In this document: positions 41,627 to 52,318 of the stretch, in pieces
Numbering within the stretch: position 1 is the stretch's first letter
Layout of the letters: each line of letters starts with the position of its first letter
DNA from: an uncultured candidatus Porisulfidus sp.
GTDB taxonomy: Bacteria > Pseudomonadota > Gammaproteobacteria > Poriferisulfidales > Poriferisulfidaceae
Direction of reading: 5' to 3'
NCBI GenBank assembly: GCA_965116025.1
Contig: OZ220480.1
Span: 928,001 to 992,000, forward strand
DNA: 64,000 nucleotides
Program-made: the position numbers and the translations under genes
Notes under the pieces: model-generated
Databases searched by the model: none
Told to the model about the DNA's origin: nothing
The model's input: only the letters and a program-made list of their open reading frames with translations

Positions 41627-43704
41627 TGCACCTCCGTTCAGTTGAACTAGTCAATTGGCGTTCGTATCGTCACACGCACTTTAATTTTCCAATATCGGAT
41701 GGCAATCGGAATGTCATACTTATAAAAGCACCAAACGAATATGGGAAAACTTCTTTTTTCGAAGCTATAACGCTTGGATTGTTTGGGCGTGAGGGATTGC
41801 GTTTCGTACCTAGGGCCCAACCTCGGGTTGTCACCAATGACGGCATGGAAAATTTGATCAAGATCAGCTATAGCCAATTTCTCGGTAAAGTGCTTCATAG
41901 ACGAGCTACCGAAAACGGTCCGGCGAAGTGTTCAGTGTCAATCAAAGCTGATGATGACACTGGAGTACCTATCGAACTTACGCGGATTTGGCATTTTCAG
42001 CGAAGTGGTCTCCACAAGCCAGCCGACGATGAAATTAATATTCTGTATGGCCATAAGAGGGAGCCCGTTCAACCTCCACCTGGTATTGAAGATAGTGGTC
42101 TATGGTTCCGTGACTGGATTGCGCTGCACTTTTTGCCACCGAGTTTGGCCGTGTTCTTTCTTTTTGATGGCGAACAGGTGCAACAGTACGCGAGACAAGA
42201 AATGAGCCAACAGGTGCGATTAGGGATCGAAAATCTGCTGGGTCTTAATATCTTGAACGAGCTCCGGGATTCGCTCGCAAATTATGCTCAACGAAAACGG
42301 AAATCCGTACCACTACCGGCCAACAGTGTGATTAAGGAAGTAGAGGATGATATCGCTACCATTTCGGAAGATATTGAGCGCAATCAAAAAACATTTGACA
42401 AAGCAGTAGGAATTTTGGGCGAACTTGAATTAGAGAGAGATCAGTTATCCCAAGTCATTGGTGGGCGTGATGGGACAGTAGCTGAGGTCGGAAACCTCAT
42501 GAAAGAAGAAGCCCGATATCGGGAAGAGGCGCGGAGCGCGATGAAGGCACTACTGGAATTAATCCAGGAAGACGTTGCTTTAGCTGTTGCGGGTGCTAAT
42601 CTACGGGAAAGCACGCGTGCCACCCTCATGGCAGAAGCAAAGCGTGAGCGATGGGAGTCTGGCCGTAACGAAGGCACCCAGAATCTTGACCGCTTCGCTC
42701 TTGAACTTAGAAAGTGCGTTGATGCTTTTGATCCGCCACTTAATGAAAAATATTGTGTAGCTGTGGTTGAAGCAGGCAGACAGGCATGGAATTCACTATG
42801 GAATCCAGCACCCGAAGGGTGTGCTGAGGTTTATCGCCATCCGTCCATCAAAGGCACGATGCGTGACCGTGCGATTGAGTTGCTACTATCCTTAGATAGC
42901 CATACCAAAGGAGAGCTGAAAGACCAAGTGGATAGATTCAATGTTGCCGTCGAACAGGCCGAAGCCAAAAAGCGAGAATGGCAAGAAACAGAGGCAACGG
43001 CTCAGGAAATCAGCCCTCATTTAGATCGACTTAAGAATCTATCCGAAAATATCTCGACTCATAAGGGTCAGAGGGATGAGGCTGAACGGGCGATTAGAAG
43101 CAAAAAATCAGATCTCTCTGATAAACAAGCAGAATTTGGCCGCTATGTGTCGGGCAAAGTAAAAAGTGGTCCCGCATTGAGGCATGCTACCTTTGCTGAT
43201 CGTTACGCTACCCTAATCCCCAATCTCGTAGAGGATGCTTGGCCAAATGAAGTTAACGAGGTCGCTGTGGAAATGACTAAAGCATGGAAGAAAATGGCCA
43301 ATCACCCGGAACGTGTGGACCGGATTGAGATCACTCCAGACTGCAGAGTTAGGATGCTGGCTGCAGGGGGCGGGGATTTACACGATATCGACATGTCAGC
43401 GGGTGCCAGCCAAGTGTTTACGCAGGCCTTAATTTTGGCTATAACCAAAGTCAGCGGACGGGCCTTTCCGTTTATAGTCGATACACCATTGGCTCGCCTG
43501 GGCAGGGTTCCGCGAATTGGGGTCCTGAAAACGTTTACAGACCGAGCAGGCCAAGTGATTCTCCTTTCTACTGACCAAGAAGTTGTGGATGACAAGCTTG
43601 ATGCAATTAGAGAGCGTTTGGTGGCTGCCTTCGAATTAACAGTCAATCACGACAAAGGTGTTTCAACAACAAGTGTCCTCGAACTCGATATAGGGAAACT
43701 CTAA
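41623..43704 (+). CDS. dndD: DndD-like SMC/ABC ATPase
   Basis: L.NWRSY, N.YGKTS, LFG, FFLFDGEQ, coiled coil, SAG..Q, PFIVDTPL.RL, QVILLSTDQE. Confidence 0.9.
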   Translation: MMHLRSVELVNWRSYRHTHFNFPISDGNRNVILIKAPNEYGKTSFFEAITLGLFGREGLRFVPRAQPRVVTNDGMENLIKISYSQFLGKVLHRRATENGPAKCSVSIKADDDTGVPIELTRIWHFQRSGLHKPADDEINILYGHKREPVQPPPGIEDSGLWFRDWIALHFLPPSLAVFFLFDGEQVQQYARQEMSQQVRLGIENLLGLNILNELRDSLANYAQRKRKSVPLPANSVIKEVEDDIATISEDIERNQKTFDKAVGILGELELERDQLSQVIGGRDGTVAEVGNLMKEEARYREEARSAMKALLELIQEDVALAVAGANLRESTRATLMAEAKRERWESGRNEGTQNLDRFALELRKCVDAFDPPLNEKYCVAVVEAGRQAWNSLWNPAPEGCAEVYRHPSIKGTMRDRAIELLLSLDSHTKGELKDQVDRFNVAVEQAEAKKREWQETEATAQEISPHLDRLKNLSENISTHKGQRDEAERAIRSKKSDLSDKQAEFGRYVSGKVKSGPALRHATFADRYATLIPNLVEDAWPNEVNEVAVEMTKAWKKMANHPERVDRIEITPDCRVRMLAAGGGDLHDIDMSAGASQVFTQALILAITKVSGRAFPFIVDTPLARLGRVPRIGVLKTFTDRAGQVILLSTDQEVVDDKLDAIRERLVAAFELTVNHDKGVSTTSVLELDIGKL

Positions 43705-43706
43705 AA

Positions 43707-45245
43707 ATGAATGCTGGATTAGAAGATCTTATGACTTCTACATTCCGGACAACCCGGACTGCAGACAAGATTTGTGCTGATCTCAACGAAAAATTGGGTT
43801 GGAAGAGTCGGTATGTTGCTGCTCGCTTGGCTCTAGGAAGATCGCTATCCCACATTGAGCAACCGCCTGAACTTACATCTAAAGAAACCGAAGAAATGGC
43901 GACCCCCATGCGTGGCATGCAACTATTTGGCGAAGGAGCACAGGCCGCAGTTTGGCTAGCCATCATCACGGAACATAGCAGTGAAACAGAGATGACCAAA
44001 AGGAGCCTGCAGGGGTTGGTTTCACGCCACTGGCATAGGGGTGCATTTCTTCTCGGCCAAGACTGGAATGATTGTGGTTGCGCCATGGATAAATTCGTTG
44101 CGCGCTTAGCTGAACTTGCCGATTTTTCTGGAGATGGTGGTGGGAGTGATACTATTTCGGCCCCCAGTGCTCCCACGTATGCGGAAGAAATTAGATTACC
44201 GGTAGGAGAGATTGCTCACGACCTCCAATCAGGCGAGCAAGTAACATTCTCATTGAATGGAGAAGGCGGTAGCCCACATATGGCCATCATGGGCGGGGTT
44301 GGATCTGGTAAGACCAGGACCGCCGTCCACATGCTTCGCATGTTGCGCCAATACTGCGAGCTCCCGCTTCTCGCATTCGATTTCAAGGGCGACCTCGCCG
44401 ACCGCCTTGTCGCTAGTTTTGGTGCCACCGTGGTTTCCCCGCCAGAAGAAGCCATCCCACTGGATGTTTTGTATATCACATCTCGTGATGATATATTGAT
44501 AAAAACCTCTGCCGGTCGCATTCGGGACTCGATAGCCAAAGTGAAACGGGGCAGAGTTGGTGGTATCCAGCTAGAAGCGTTACGCGAAGCGGTTGAATCA
44601 GCTCTGCGCCATGGGCCAGCATCTACGCCAGCGACCCTTCCCGACGTTGCCTCAGCACTGAAGTCCGGGTATGAAGACCGCAATCGGCCTCCAGACGAAT
44701 TGACGGTGACATTGAACGAGCTAACACAGTTCGTGCTTTTCGAACCAAAGTTTTCACCAGCCGAATTCTTTTCAAAAAGTTGGATTATTCAGCTTCCACA
44801 AGGTGGCTCTGAAGAAATGAGGCGGCTGATTATCAATCTGACACTTGACGCATTAGACCGTTGGATCAACTCTCAACCTGATGCGCCAACGGATGATCGA
44901 GGCGTTCGCGCTCTCCGCCATTTGACCATGCTTGATGAAGCTCATGTGATCTTGTCAACGAAGCTTCCCGCTCTTGGAAATCTCGTTCGCATGAGCCGGT
45001 CCAAGGGTGGTTCTATTATGTTGATATCACAATCGCCTGATGATTTTGAGCGTGCCGAAGATGGTTATTTGGATAATATGGGTATGACCTTGGCCTTTAA
45101 TACTCAAGCTAAGCCTGGGCCAATAAAACGCATTTTCGTTGACAATACCTGCCGCTTAACGAGTTTGAAGGCTGGTGAAGCAATGTGCCGGCTTCGTTTG
45201 GAGGCCCGAACACAGAAGATTCTTTGCTGGAAGCCTGAAGATTGA
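43707..45245 (+). CDS. dndE: DndE domain fused to HerA/DUF87-like P-loop ATPase (DndEi-like)
   Basis: N-terminal Y..ARLALGRSL...LFG...HW.RG DndE pattern; then HMAIMGGVGSGKT, FDFKGD, LDEAH, R.SRSKG, SQSPDD. Confidence 0.8.
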   Translation: MNAGLEDLMTSTFRTTRTADKICADLNEKLGWKSRYVAARLALGRSLSHIEQPPELTSKETEEMATPMRGMQLFGEGAQAAVWLAIITEHSSETEMTKRSLQGLVSRHWHRGAFLLGQDWNDCGCAMDKFVARLAELADFSGDGGGSDTISAPSAPTYAEEIRLPVGEIAHDLQSGEQVTFSLNGEGGSPHMAIMGGVGSGKTRTAVHMLRMLRQYCELPLLAFDFKGDLADRLVASFGATVVSPPEEAIPLDVLYITSRDDILIKTSAGRIRDSIAKVKRGRVGGIQLEALREAVESALRHGPASTPATLPDVASALKSGYEDRNRPPDELTVTLNELTQFVLFEPKFSPAEFFSKSWIIQLPQGGSEEMRRLIINLTLDALDRWINSQPDAPTDDRGVRALRHLTMLDEAHVILSTKLPALGNLVRMSRSKGGSIMLISQSPDDFERAEDGYLDNMGMTLAFNTQAKPGPIKRIFVDNTCRLTSLKAGEAMCRLRLEARTQKILCWKPED

Positions 45246-45301
45246 GAACAAGCATCTTGATGGCTTGAAAGCATCTCACCTTGAGCTTGATGTCGGTCCT
45301 G

Positions 45302-47083
45302 TCAGAGACGGATCCCGTCCACGTGTTGCTGCAGCCAACTTTCTAAGGCCGCCGCGTGCCACAGAAGGCTGCCGTCCAGAGCCGTCCGATGCCGTAGCGG
45401 TTCCTGAAGCAACCGGTTCAGATATTCTCCCCGGAACAATCCCCGCCCTCGGCATTCTGGGCGGTTCAGGGTCTCCCGTGCCCAGTCCAGAAACGACCCC
45501 CGCACGTACTTGAGGGCGGGCACCGGGAAGTATCCTTTCGGGCGGTCGATCACCTCCGTCGGCAGTCGGGACCGCGCCAGGGCGCGTAGCGGATACTTGC
45601 CGCCATCGCGCAATTTCAGTTCCGCCGGCATTCCCGCGACGCATTCCACCAGTTGATGATCGAGGTAGGGCACGCGCGCCTCGAGGCCCCAGGCCATGGT
45701 CATGTTGTCGACGCGCTTGACCGGGTCGTCGGTGATCAGCATGGTCGCGTCCATGCGCAGCACGGAATTCAGGAACTCGACATCCTCGCCACCTTCCAGC
45801 CGTTCGGAGAGCAGCGTCCGGGTGTGGTTCTCGCCGACCCATTCAGGCGCGAGAGCCGCGCGCAGGTCCGCGTGAGAGCGGTCCAGGTAATGGCGGCAGA
45901 AGGCGTCCAGCCCGTCAGCCCGCTCCGCATGCATTTTCGGATACCAGGAGTAGCCTGCGAACACCTCGTCCGCGCCCTGCCCGCTTTGCACCACCGAGAT
46001 GTCCTGCTTGACCTGCTCGGCCAGCAGAAAGAACGCCGCCGCGTCCTGCGCGACCATGGGTTCGCTCATGCATCCGATCGCCTCGTCTAAGCGCTCTAGT
46101 AGCTGGTCGTCGCGGATGAAGTAGCGGTGGTGCTCGGTAGCGTAATGCCACGCCACCGCGTCCGAGTAGTCGAATTCGTGCCCGGCCTCGCCGCCCGCGT
46201 CCTCGAAGCCGATGCTGTAAGTTCGGATGGGCGAGGAGCCGCGCTCGGCCAGCAGGGCCACCAGCAGGCTGGAATCCAGACCGCCGGAAAGCAGCACGCC
46301 AACCGGGATGTCCGAGGCTTCCGCGCGCTTGCGCACGGCCTCTCGAAGCTCGACATGCGCCTGCTCCACCCATTCTTCCGCGCTACGTCCGGGATCTGGA
46401 TCGCGCGCGTCCAGTTTCCAGTAGCGTCGTTCCGTCACCGAGCCATTCGCGTGGACGGTCAGGTGGTGCCCCGGAGCGAGTTTGCGGATCGAGCGCAGCA
46501 GGGTGCGCGGCGCCGGGACGACCGCGTGGAGACTTAGGTGATGATGCAGGGCGACCTCGTCGAGCGCGAGGTCGACGTCTCCGGTGGCGAGCAACGCTTG
46601 CGCGCTGGATGCGAAGCGCACCGCGCTGGAAGTCCGGTGGTAATACAGCGGCTTGATGCCCAGCCGATCCCGGGCCAAGAACAGCCGCTCCGCGCCCGGG
46701 TCCCACAGGGCGAAGGCGAACATGCCGTGCAGACGCCCGACGCAGTCCTCGCCCCATTCGGCATAGGCTTTCAGGATGACCTCGCTGTCTCCCGTCGTGC
46801 GGAAGCGGTGGCCGCGCTCTCGGAGCTCTTCTCTCAGTTCCGGGTAGTTGTAAACGCAACCGTTGAACGCCAGAACTCTCCCGGAATCGGGATCTTTCAG
46901 TGGCTGGTGCGCGCGGGGATGCAGATCAATGACTGACAGGCGGCGGTGTCCCAAGGCGACGCCGCCTTCATTCCACTGGCCTTCGTGATCGGGTCCGCGC
47001 CGCGCGAGCGGGCGAAGCATGCGAGCGACGCGGGCCGGGTCGGCGGGCCTCCGAAAATTCCGTTCTCCCGCGAATCCGCACAC
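45302..47083 (-). CDS. Asparagine synthetase-type amidotransferase (N-acetylglutaminylglutamine amidotransferase-like)
   Basis: GTG-CG N-terminus, RGPD, HRRL, FNG.VYNY, RDRLGIKPL, LSGGLDSS, GQGADE, DDPVKRVDNMTMAWGLEARVP. Confidence 0.88.
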   Translation of the reverse strand: MCGFAGERNFRRPADPARVARMLRPLARRGPDHEGQWNEGGVALGHRRLSVIDLHPRAHQPLKDPDSGRVLAFNGCVYNYPELREELRERGHRFRTTGDSEVILKAYAEWGEDCVGRLHGMFAFALWDPGAERLFLARDRLGIKPLYYHRTSSAVRFASSAQALLATGDVDLALDEVALHHHLSLHAVVPAPRTLLRSIRKLAPGHHLTVHANGSVTERRYWKLDARDPDPGRSAEEWVEQAHVELREAVRKRAEASDIPVGVLLSGGLDSSLLVALLAERGSSPIRTYSIGFEDAGGEAGHEFDYSDAVAWHYATEHHRYFIRDDQLLERLDEAIGCMSEPMVAQDAAAFFLLAEQVKQDISVVQSGQGADEVFAGYSWYPKMHAERADGLDAFCRHYLDRSHADLRAALAPEWVGENHTRTLLSERLEGGEDVEFLNSVLRMDATMLITDDPVKRVDNMTMAWGLEARVPYLDHQLVECVAGMPAELKLRDGGKYPLRALARSRLPTEVIDRPKGYFPVPALKYVRGSFLDWARETLNRPECRGRGLFRGEYLNRLLQEPLRHRTALDGSLLWHAAALESWLQQHVDGIRL

Positions 47084-47124
47084 GATGGCATATAGTAACG
47101 CTTTTTTTGGGAGCCTCTCCGCCC

Positions 47125-48177
47125 ATGTCCGAGTCTTTGCCGGATCTTTCGCGAGCCATTCGCCGATGGGGGCGGGAGCTGGGCTTCGACCAAGTTGGCA
47201 TCGCTGATTTGGACTTGGGCGAGCACGAGACGCGTTTTCTGGACTGGCTGAGGAAGGGCCGGCATGGCGAGATGGACTACATGCGCCGTCACGGAGTTCG
47301 TCGCTCGCGTCCGGCATGGTTGGTGCCGGGCACGCGGCGGGTGATCTCGGCCCGGATGAATTACCTTCCCCACGGGCTTGAGCGCGCGGAACGGGCGTTG
47401 GCGGACCCGGACCGTGGATACGTCTCCCGGTACGCTTTGGGCCGAGACTACCACAAGGTGTTGCGCGGCCGACTTCGGCGGCTGGCACGGCGCGTCGAGG
47501 AGGCGGCGGGTCCGTTCGGCTTCCGGGTATTCGTCGACAGCGCTCCGGCGCTCGAGAAAGCGTTGGCCGAGCGCGCCGGGCTGGGCTGGATCGGCAAGCA
47601 TACCAACCTGTTGGCTAAGGACGCGGGCTCCTGGTTCTTTTTGGGCGAGATCTATACGGATTTGCCGCTGACGCCGGACCCGCCGACCCGCGCGGGGCAT
47701 TGCGGGGATTGCCGGGCTTGCATCGATATCTGCCCGACCCGGGCGATCGTCGCGCCCTACCAGCTGGACGCGCGTCGGTGCGTCTCGTACCTGACGATCG
47801 AGCTGAAGGGCTCGATTCCCGCGCCGTTGCGGCCGCTGATCGGAAACCGGGTCTACGGTTGCGACGATTGCCAGCTGGCCTGCCCGTGGAATCGCTACGC
47901 TCGGCTGGCCGCGGTGAAAGATTTCCAGCCGCGCGCGGCGCTTGATGGTCCGTCACTGGTGGAGATGATGGCTTGGGAGGAAGCGGAGTTCCTGCGCCAC
48001 ACCGAGGGCACGGCCCTTCGCCGAATCGGCCATATCCAGTGGCTGCGCAACGTCGCCGTCGCGCTGGGCAACGCCCCGCGCGGAGAGATCGCGGTCACGG
48101 CCCTGGAAGCCCGGGCCGTCCATTCCAGTGAACTGGTCCGCGAGCACGTCGCGTGGGCGCTGGAGCGCCACGCGTGA
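47125..48177 (+). CDS. queG: Epoxyqueuosine reductase
   Basis: SRYALGRDYH, VDSAP.LE, GLGWIGKHT, CG.C.ACI..CPT, YGCDDCQ..CPWN. Confidence 0.96.
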   Translation: MSESLPDLSRAIRRWGRELGFDQVGIADLDLGEHETRFLDWLRKGRHGEMDYMRRHGVRRSRPAWLVPGTRRVISARMNYLPHGLERAERALADPDRGYVSRYALGRDYHKVLRGRLRRLARRVEEAAGPFGFRVFVDSAPALEKALAERAGLGWIGKHTNLLAKDAGSWFFLGEIYTDLPLTPDPPTRAGHCGDCRACIDICPTRAIVAPYQLDARRCVSYLTIELKGSIPAPLRPLIGNRVYGCDDCQLACPWNRYARLAAVKDFQPRAALDGPSLVEMMAWEEAEFLRHTEGTALRRIGHIQWLRNVAVALGNAPRGEIAVTALEARAVHSSELVREHVAWALERHA

Positions 48178-49891
48178 GCGCGGTCTCTGGGCATCTCCGG
48201 ACGCTGTATCCGGACGCGGACGCGGAGGAGTTACGGCGAAGAATCGCGGAGAGCTTCGAAAGGCATCCGTACGAGTCGCTCCGCCCGGACCGGGACTGGT
48301 CGGAGCGCGACGCGATGCTGATCACGTACGCCGACACCTTGATCGAGCCGGGAGCGGCACCGTTGCGCGTTCTGGCGGATTTTCTGGAAACCCGTCTGCG
48401 CGCCGCCTTCAGCGCGGTTCATTTGCTGCCGTATTTCCCGGCCACCTCGGACGATGGCTTCGCGGTTTCTTCCTATCGGGACGTGCGGCCGGATCTGGGA
48501 GATTGGGAGGATATCTCGCGCATCGCGGAGCAGTTCGACCTGATGACCGATCTGGTCCTGAATCATTGCTCGCGGGAGCACCCGCTGGCGCGGCGTCTAT
48601 GGGCGGGCGACGCTAGCGCGGAGTCTTGGTTTCACGTGGTCGATCCGGGGGTGGACACGTCCGCGGTCGTTCGGCCGCGGGCGACTCCGTTGATCACGCC
48701 TCTTCCGAAAGATCCGCGGGGTCGCGGCGTCTGGACCACGTTCAGCGCCGACCAGTTGGATCTCAACTACCGCAATCCAGAAGTCTTGCTCGAGGTCATC
48801 GACGTGATGGCGCGATACCTGTCCGCCGGCACGCGCTTGCTACGGCTGGACGCGGTCGCCTATCTTTGGAAGGAGATCGGCACCAGTTGCATCCATTTGC
48901 TCGAGACGCACCGAATCGTGCGGTTGCTTCACGCGATCCTTCGGGAACATGCGCCTGGTTGCCGGCTGGTCACGGAAACCAATGTCCCGCAGCACGAGAA
49001 CCTGAGCTATTTCGGGGCGGGAGACGAGGCGGACCTGGTCTACCAGTTCGCGTTGCCGTCTTTGGTTCTGCAGGCTCTGCACCGTGGCAGTTCCGTCTAC
49101 ATGAACCGATGGTTGCGCGACTGGCCGGAATTGCCGACGGGCCGCACGTTCCTAAACTTCCTCGCGTCCCACGACGGAATCGGCGTGCGTCCGGTCGAGC
49201 GGATCGTTCGCCCGGAGGAGCTGGAGGATCTGCTGGAGACGATGCGCCGCTTTGGCGGGCGGGTCAGCGCCCGGGCTGACGGCGATGGGCGCGAGCGTCC
49301 CTACGAAATCAACATCACGCTGTTCGACGCCTTGCGTGGCACCCGCTTCGGCGAGGACGATCTGCAAATCGCCCGGATGCTGTGCGCGCACGTTATTCTT
49401 CTGTCCTTGCCCGGCATACCGGCGATCTACATCCATAGTTTGCTGGCATCGCCGAACGACGAGAGCAAGATGCGGGAGACCGGCCGCGCGCGCTCGATCA
49501 ATCGCGGTCAGCTGGATCGGGTCGAACTAGAACGGCAGCTTGACGAGCCCGGGCATCCGCGCCGGCGGACCCTGGAAGCGTTGCTGGGCTTGATTCGCCT
49601 TCGGCCGCGCAACCCGCGTTCGCGCCCCAGGCGAAGATGAAGCCTCTGGCGCTCGGCTCCGGGCTTCTCGCCCTGACGCGCGAGGCTCCCGAACAGGCGA
49701 TTCTCCTGCTGTGCAACCTCACTCCGAGCGCGCAGCGAGTAAACTTGGACACGAGTCCGCTGGGGCGGCCGCGCTCGGCGCGCGACCTGATCGGGGGCGG
49801 GCGTTTTCGGGCGTCTCAAAGCCGGCTGGCGCTGGATCTGGCTCCGTACCAGTGTCTTTGGCTGACGGAGAACGGCGCCAGGAGAGGCTGA
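48174..49891 (+). CDS. GH13 sucrose/glucosylglycerate phosphorylase family protein, frameshifted near 49603
   Basis: LITYAD, HLLP.FP..SDDGF, WTTFS.DQ, RLDAV, TETNV, SHDGIG; one missing base separates ...LIRLR from AAQPAFAPQAKMKPL... (ORF 49637-49891). Confidence 0.85.
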
Positions 49892-50014
49892 GAGGATCGT
49901 CAGAATTCGCGGGGTTTGATAGGATTCCCAAGGTGGGCGCATCCAGCATAGCGGGCGCATGCCTGATTCAAAAACGGATTTTAGAGACGGCCGCGGGATC
50001 GGCAAGGAGATATT

Positions 50015-52318
50015 ATGGCGTATTGTGGAACGATCTGCATGCAGATCTGCGGGTTTTCCCTCTCGGGGCTGTTGGCCGTCATGGCGTTTTTGCTAACGAC
50101 GGTCACCGCGCACGCGCAGGAGGTCATCACGGTCTTCGGCGCCCGGGCGGTGTTCCAGCACGCTGGCGTTCCAACGGACACGCCGAATCTGATCCGGCTG
50201 GCACCCGGCGGCGCGGTCAACCGAAACGGCGCCCTGACCAGCATCCCGCAGTATCGGGGCATGCATACCTACCGGGTCCAGACCCATCTGGACGGTCGTC
50301 AGCCGCACACGGCGGGGCCCAACTGGATGGACAGCCCGTTGCATTACATGCCCAGCTCCCTCATGGACGTGGTGCAGGTGCATCGTGGCATCGCCCCGGT
50401 TCGAGTGGGCCCCGCGCTCGGCGGCTATATCGAGGCGGATTCACATACCAGCCGCTACAGTCTGTCCGAGGACTACGAGTTTCGCGCGCGGGTGACGGCC
50501 GACAACACCTCGCGCAACGACGGCAACAGCGCGAGCGCGTTCTTGTCGGCGTCGAACGATCAGGCTCGCTACCACGCGTACGGCGCGCGCGACGAGGGAG
50601 ACGAGGCCAAAAGCGGGGACGGGAGAGTTCCGGCCTCGCGCTATGAGCGGGATTTTTTCGGATTCGGCATGGGCCGCCAGTTTCGGCAGGGCGAGCTGAC
50701 GTTCGACTACGCCCGCAACAACACCGGGGAGTCCGGAACGCCCGCGTTGCCGATGGACATTGATTTCTACCATACGGACCTGGTGAATCTCCGTTATCGA
50801 GGGGACCTTGGCCGGTGGCGCGTGGAGGCGCAGCTCCACTATCAGAACACTGACCACCTAATGAGCAACTACGGGCTTCGCGCGCCGCCAGACTTCAGCA
50901 TGTCGATGGCGGATATCTTGCCGCCGTTCCGGGGGGCGGATCGCCGCTTGGTGTTCGTCGAGGGTCGGTCGGTCGGAGGCAAACTGGTCGGAGACCGTCC
51001 ATGGGGCGACGGGACCTTGCGCTTGGGCATGGACCTCCGGCAAAGCGAGAATGACGCGACGGTGCGCGACCCGGACGCGGCCCCGTTCTTCGTCGATAGC
51101 GTCAGCGACGCGACGACGGACGAATACGGAGCGTTCGTCGAATGGAGCGGCGCGCTCGGGGCCTCGTGGGAAGGAGACTTCGGGGTTCGGGTGCAGCATA
51201 CTCGCGCGGACGCCGACCCGGTCGACCACTTCCGGCCGACATGCCAGATGCTGTTGCGAGCCAACGCCAGTTCGGATCATCGGAAGTACGGTCGGGATGG
51301 CTCGCTCGCCGCGCGGGGGTGCGACGACCCGACCCTGACCCCGATGGATTGGATGCCCGCCCCGGCCATGTCGGTCGGGAGGCTGAGCGGACGCTACAAC
51401 CAAGCGGACCGAAGTCAGGAAGACACGGAGATCGACGCGACCGCCGTGCTGCGCTATCAATGGGGGGAGTTGACCGAGCTGGAGTTCGGCTTGGCGCGCA
51501 AGACCCGAGCGCCCGCCTATATGGAACGGTACGCGTGGGTCCCGCTCGAGGTAAACGGGGGGTTGGGAGACGGCAACAACTACGTCGGCGACATCAATCT
51601 GAAGCCGGAGGAGTCCTGGCAGATCGAACTGGGCTTAAACTGGGGGGATGGGGGTGGGAAGTTCTCGCCGCGCGTCTTCGCGCGGCGAGTGAACGACTAT
51701 ATCACCGGGGTTCCGGCCGAGGACGAGCATGCGATTCGGGTCAGCGAGGTACTCAACGGCGATCCGACCCCGATCCGGTTCGCCAACGTCGATGCCGAGT
51801 TTTACGGGGCCGACGCGGTGTTCGGGTTTCCGTTGAGCCGGGACTGGCGGCTGGACGGCACGGTCAGCTACGTGCGCGGCAAGTTGCGGGAGTCTTTCGA
51901 GAGCCAGAAGCGGGCGGACGGGACGACCCGGACGATTCGAGACGATAACGTCTACCGCATCCCTCCGCTACGCGGGCTGTTGTCCGTCTCGCGCGCCCTG
52001 GACGATTGGGTGGTGGCGGTCGAGGTGGACTGGGCCGCTCGCCAGTCGAAGGTGTCGAAGCTGTTGCTGGACGATCCTCGAAATCCGAAGAATCACGACC
52101 GCCCCACTTCCGGCTACGCGCTGTACAACCTGCGAGCGCAATATGCCAGTCCGTCCATGGGGCTCACCCTGTCGATCGGGGTGGAGAATCTGACGGATCG
52201 CATGTACGTCGACCACATGAACGGATTCAACCGGGTTGGCGGGGAAGACCTGGCGGTCGGGGAGCGTCTTCCGGGCCCGGGGCGCAACGCGTACGCCCGG
52301 ATTAATTGGGAGTGGTGA
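50015..52318 (+). CDS. TonB-dependent receptor, OprC/NosA-like
   Basis: Plug QYRG...GPNWMDSPLHY, LKPE, N.DA...G, ENL.D..Y, PGRN, terminal W; SD aaggag. Confidence 0.85.
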   Translation: MAYCGTICMQICGFSLSGLLAVMAFLLTTVTAHAQEVITVFGARAVFQHAGVPTDTPNLIRLAPGGAVNRNGALTSIPQYRGMHTYRVQTHLDGRQPHTAGPNWMDSPLHYMPSSLMDVVQVHRGIAPVRVGPALGGYIEADSHTSRYSLSEDYEFRARVTADNTSRNDGNSASAFLSASNDQARYHAYGARDEGDEAKSGDGRVPASRYERDFFGFGMGRQFRQGELTFDYARNNTGESGTPALPMDIDFYHTDLVNLRYRGDLGRWRVEAQLHYQNTDHLMSNYGLRAPPDFSMSMADILPPFRGADRRLVFVEGRSVGGKLVGDRPWGDGTLRLGMDLRQSENDATVRDPDAAPFFVDSVSDATTDEYGAFVEWSGALGASWEGDFGVRVQHTRADADPVDHFRPTCQMLLRANASSDHRKYGRDGSLAARGCDDPTLTPMDWMPAPAMSVGRLSGRYNQADRSQEDTEIDATAVLRYQWGELTELEFGLARKTRAPAYMERYAWVPLEVNGGLGDGNNYVGDINLKPEESWQIELGLNWGDGGGKFSPRVFARRVNDYITGVPAEDEHAIRVSEVLNGDPTPIRFANVDAEFYGADAVFGFPLSRDWRLDGTVSYVRGKLRESFESQKRADGTTRTIRDDNVYRIPPLRGLLSVSRALDDWVVAVEVDWAARQSKVSKLLLDDPRNPKNHDRPTSGYALYNLRAQYASPSMGLTLSIGVENLTDRMYVDHMNGFNRVGGEDLAVGERLPGPGRNAYARINWEW

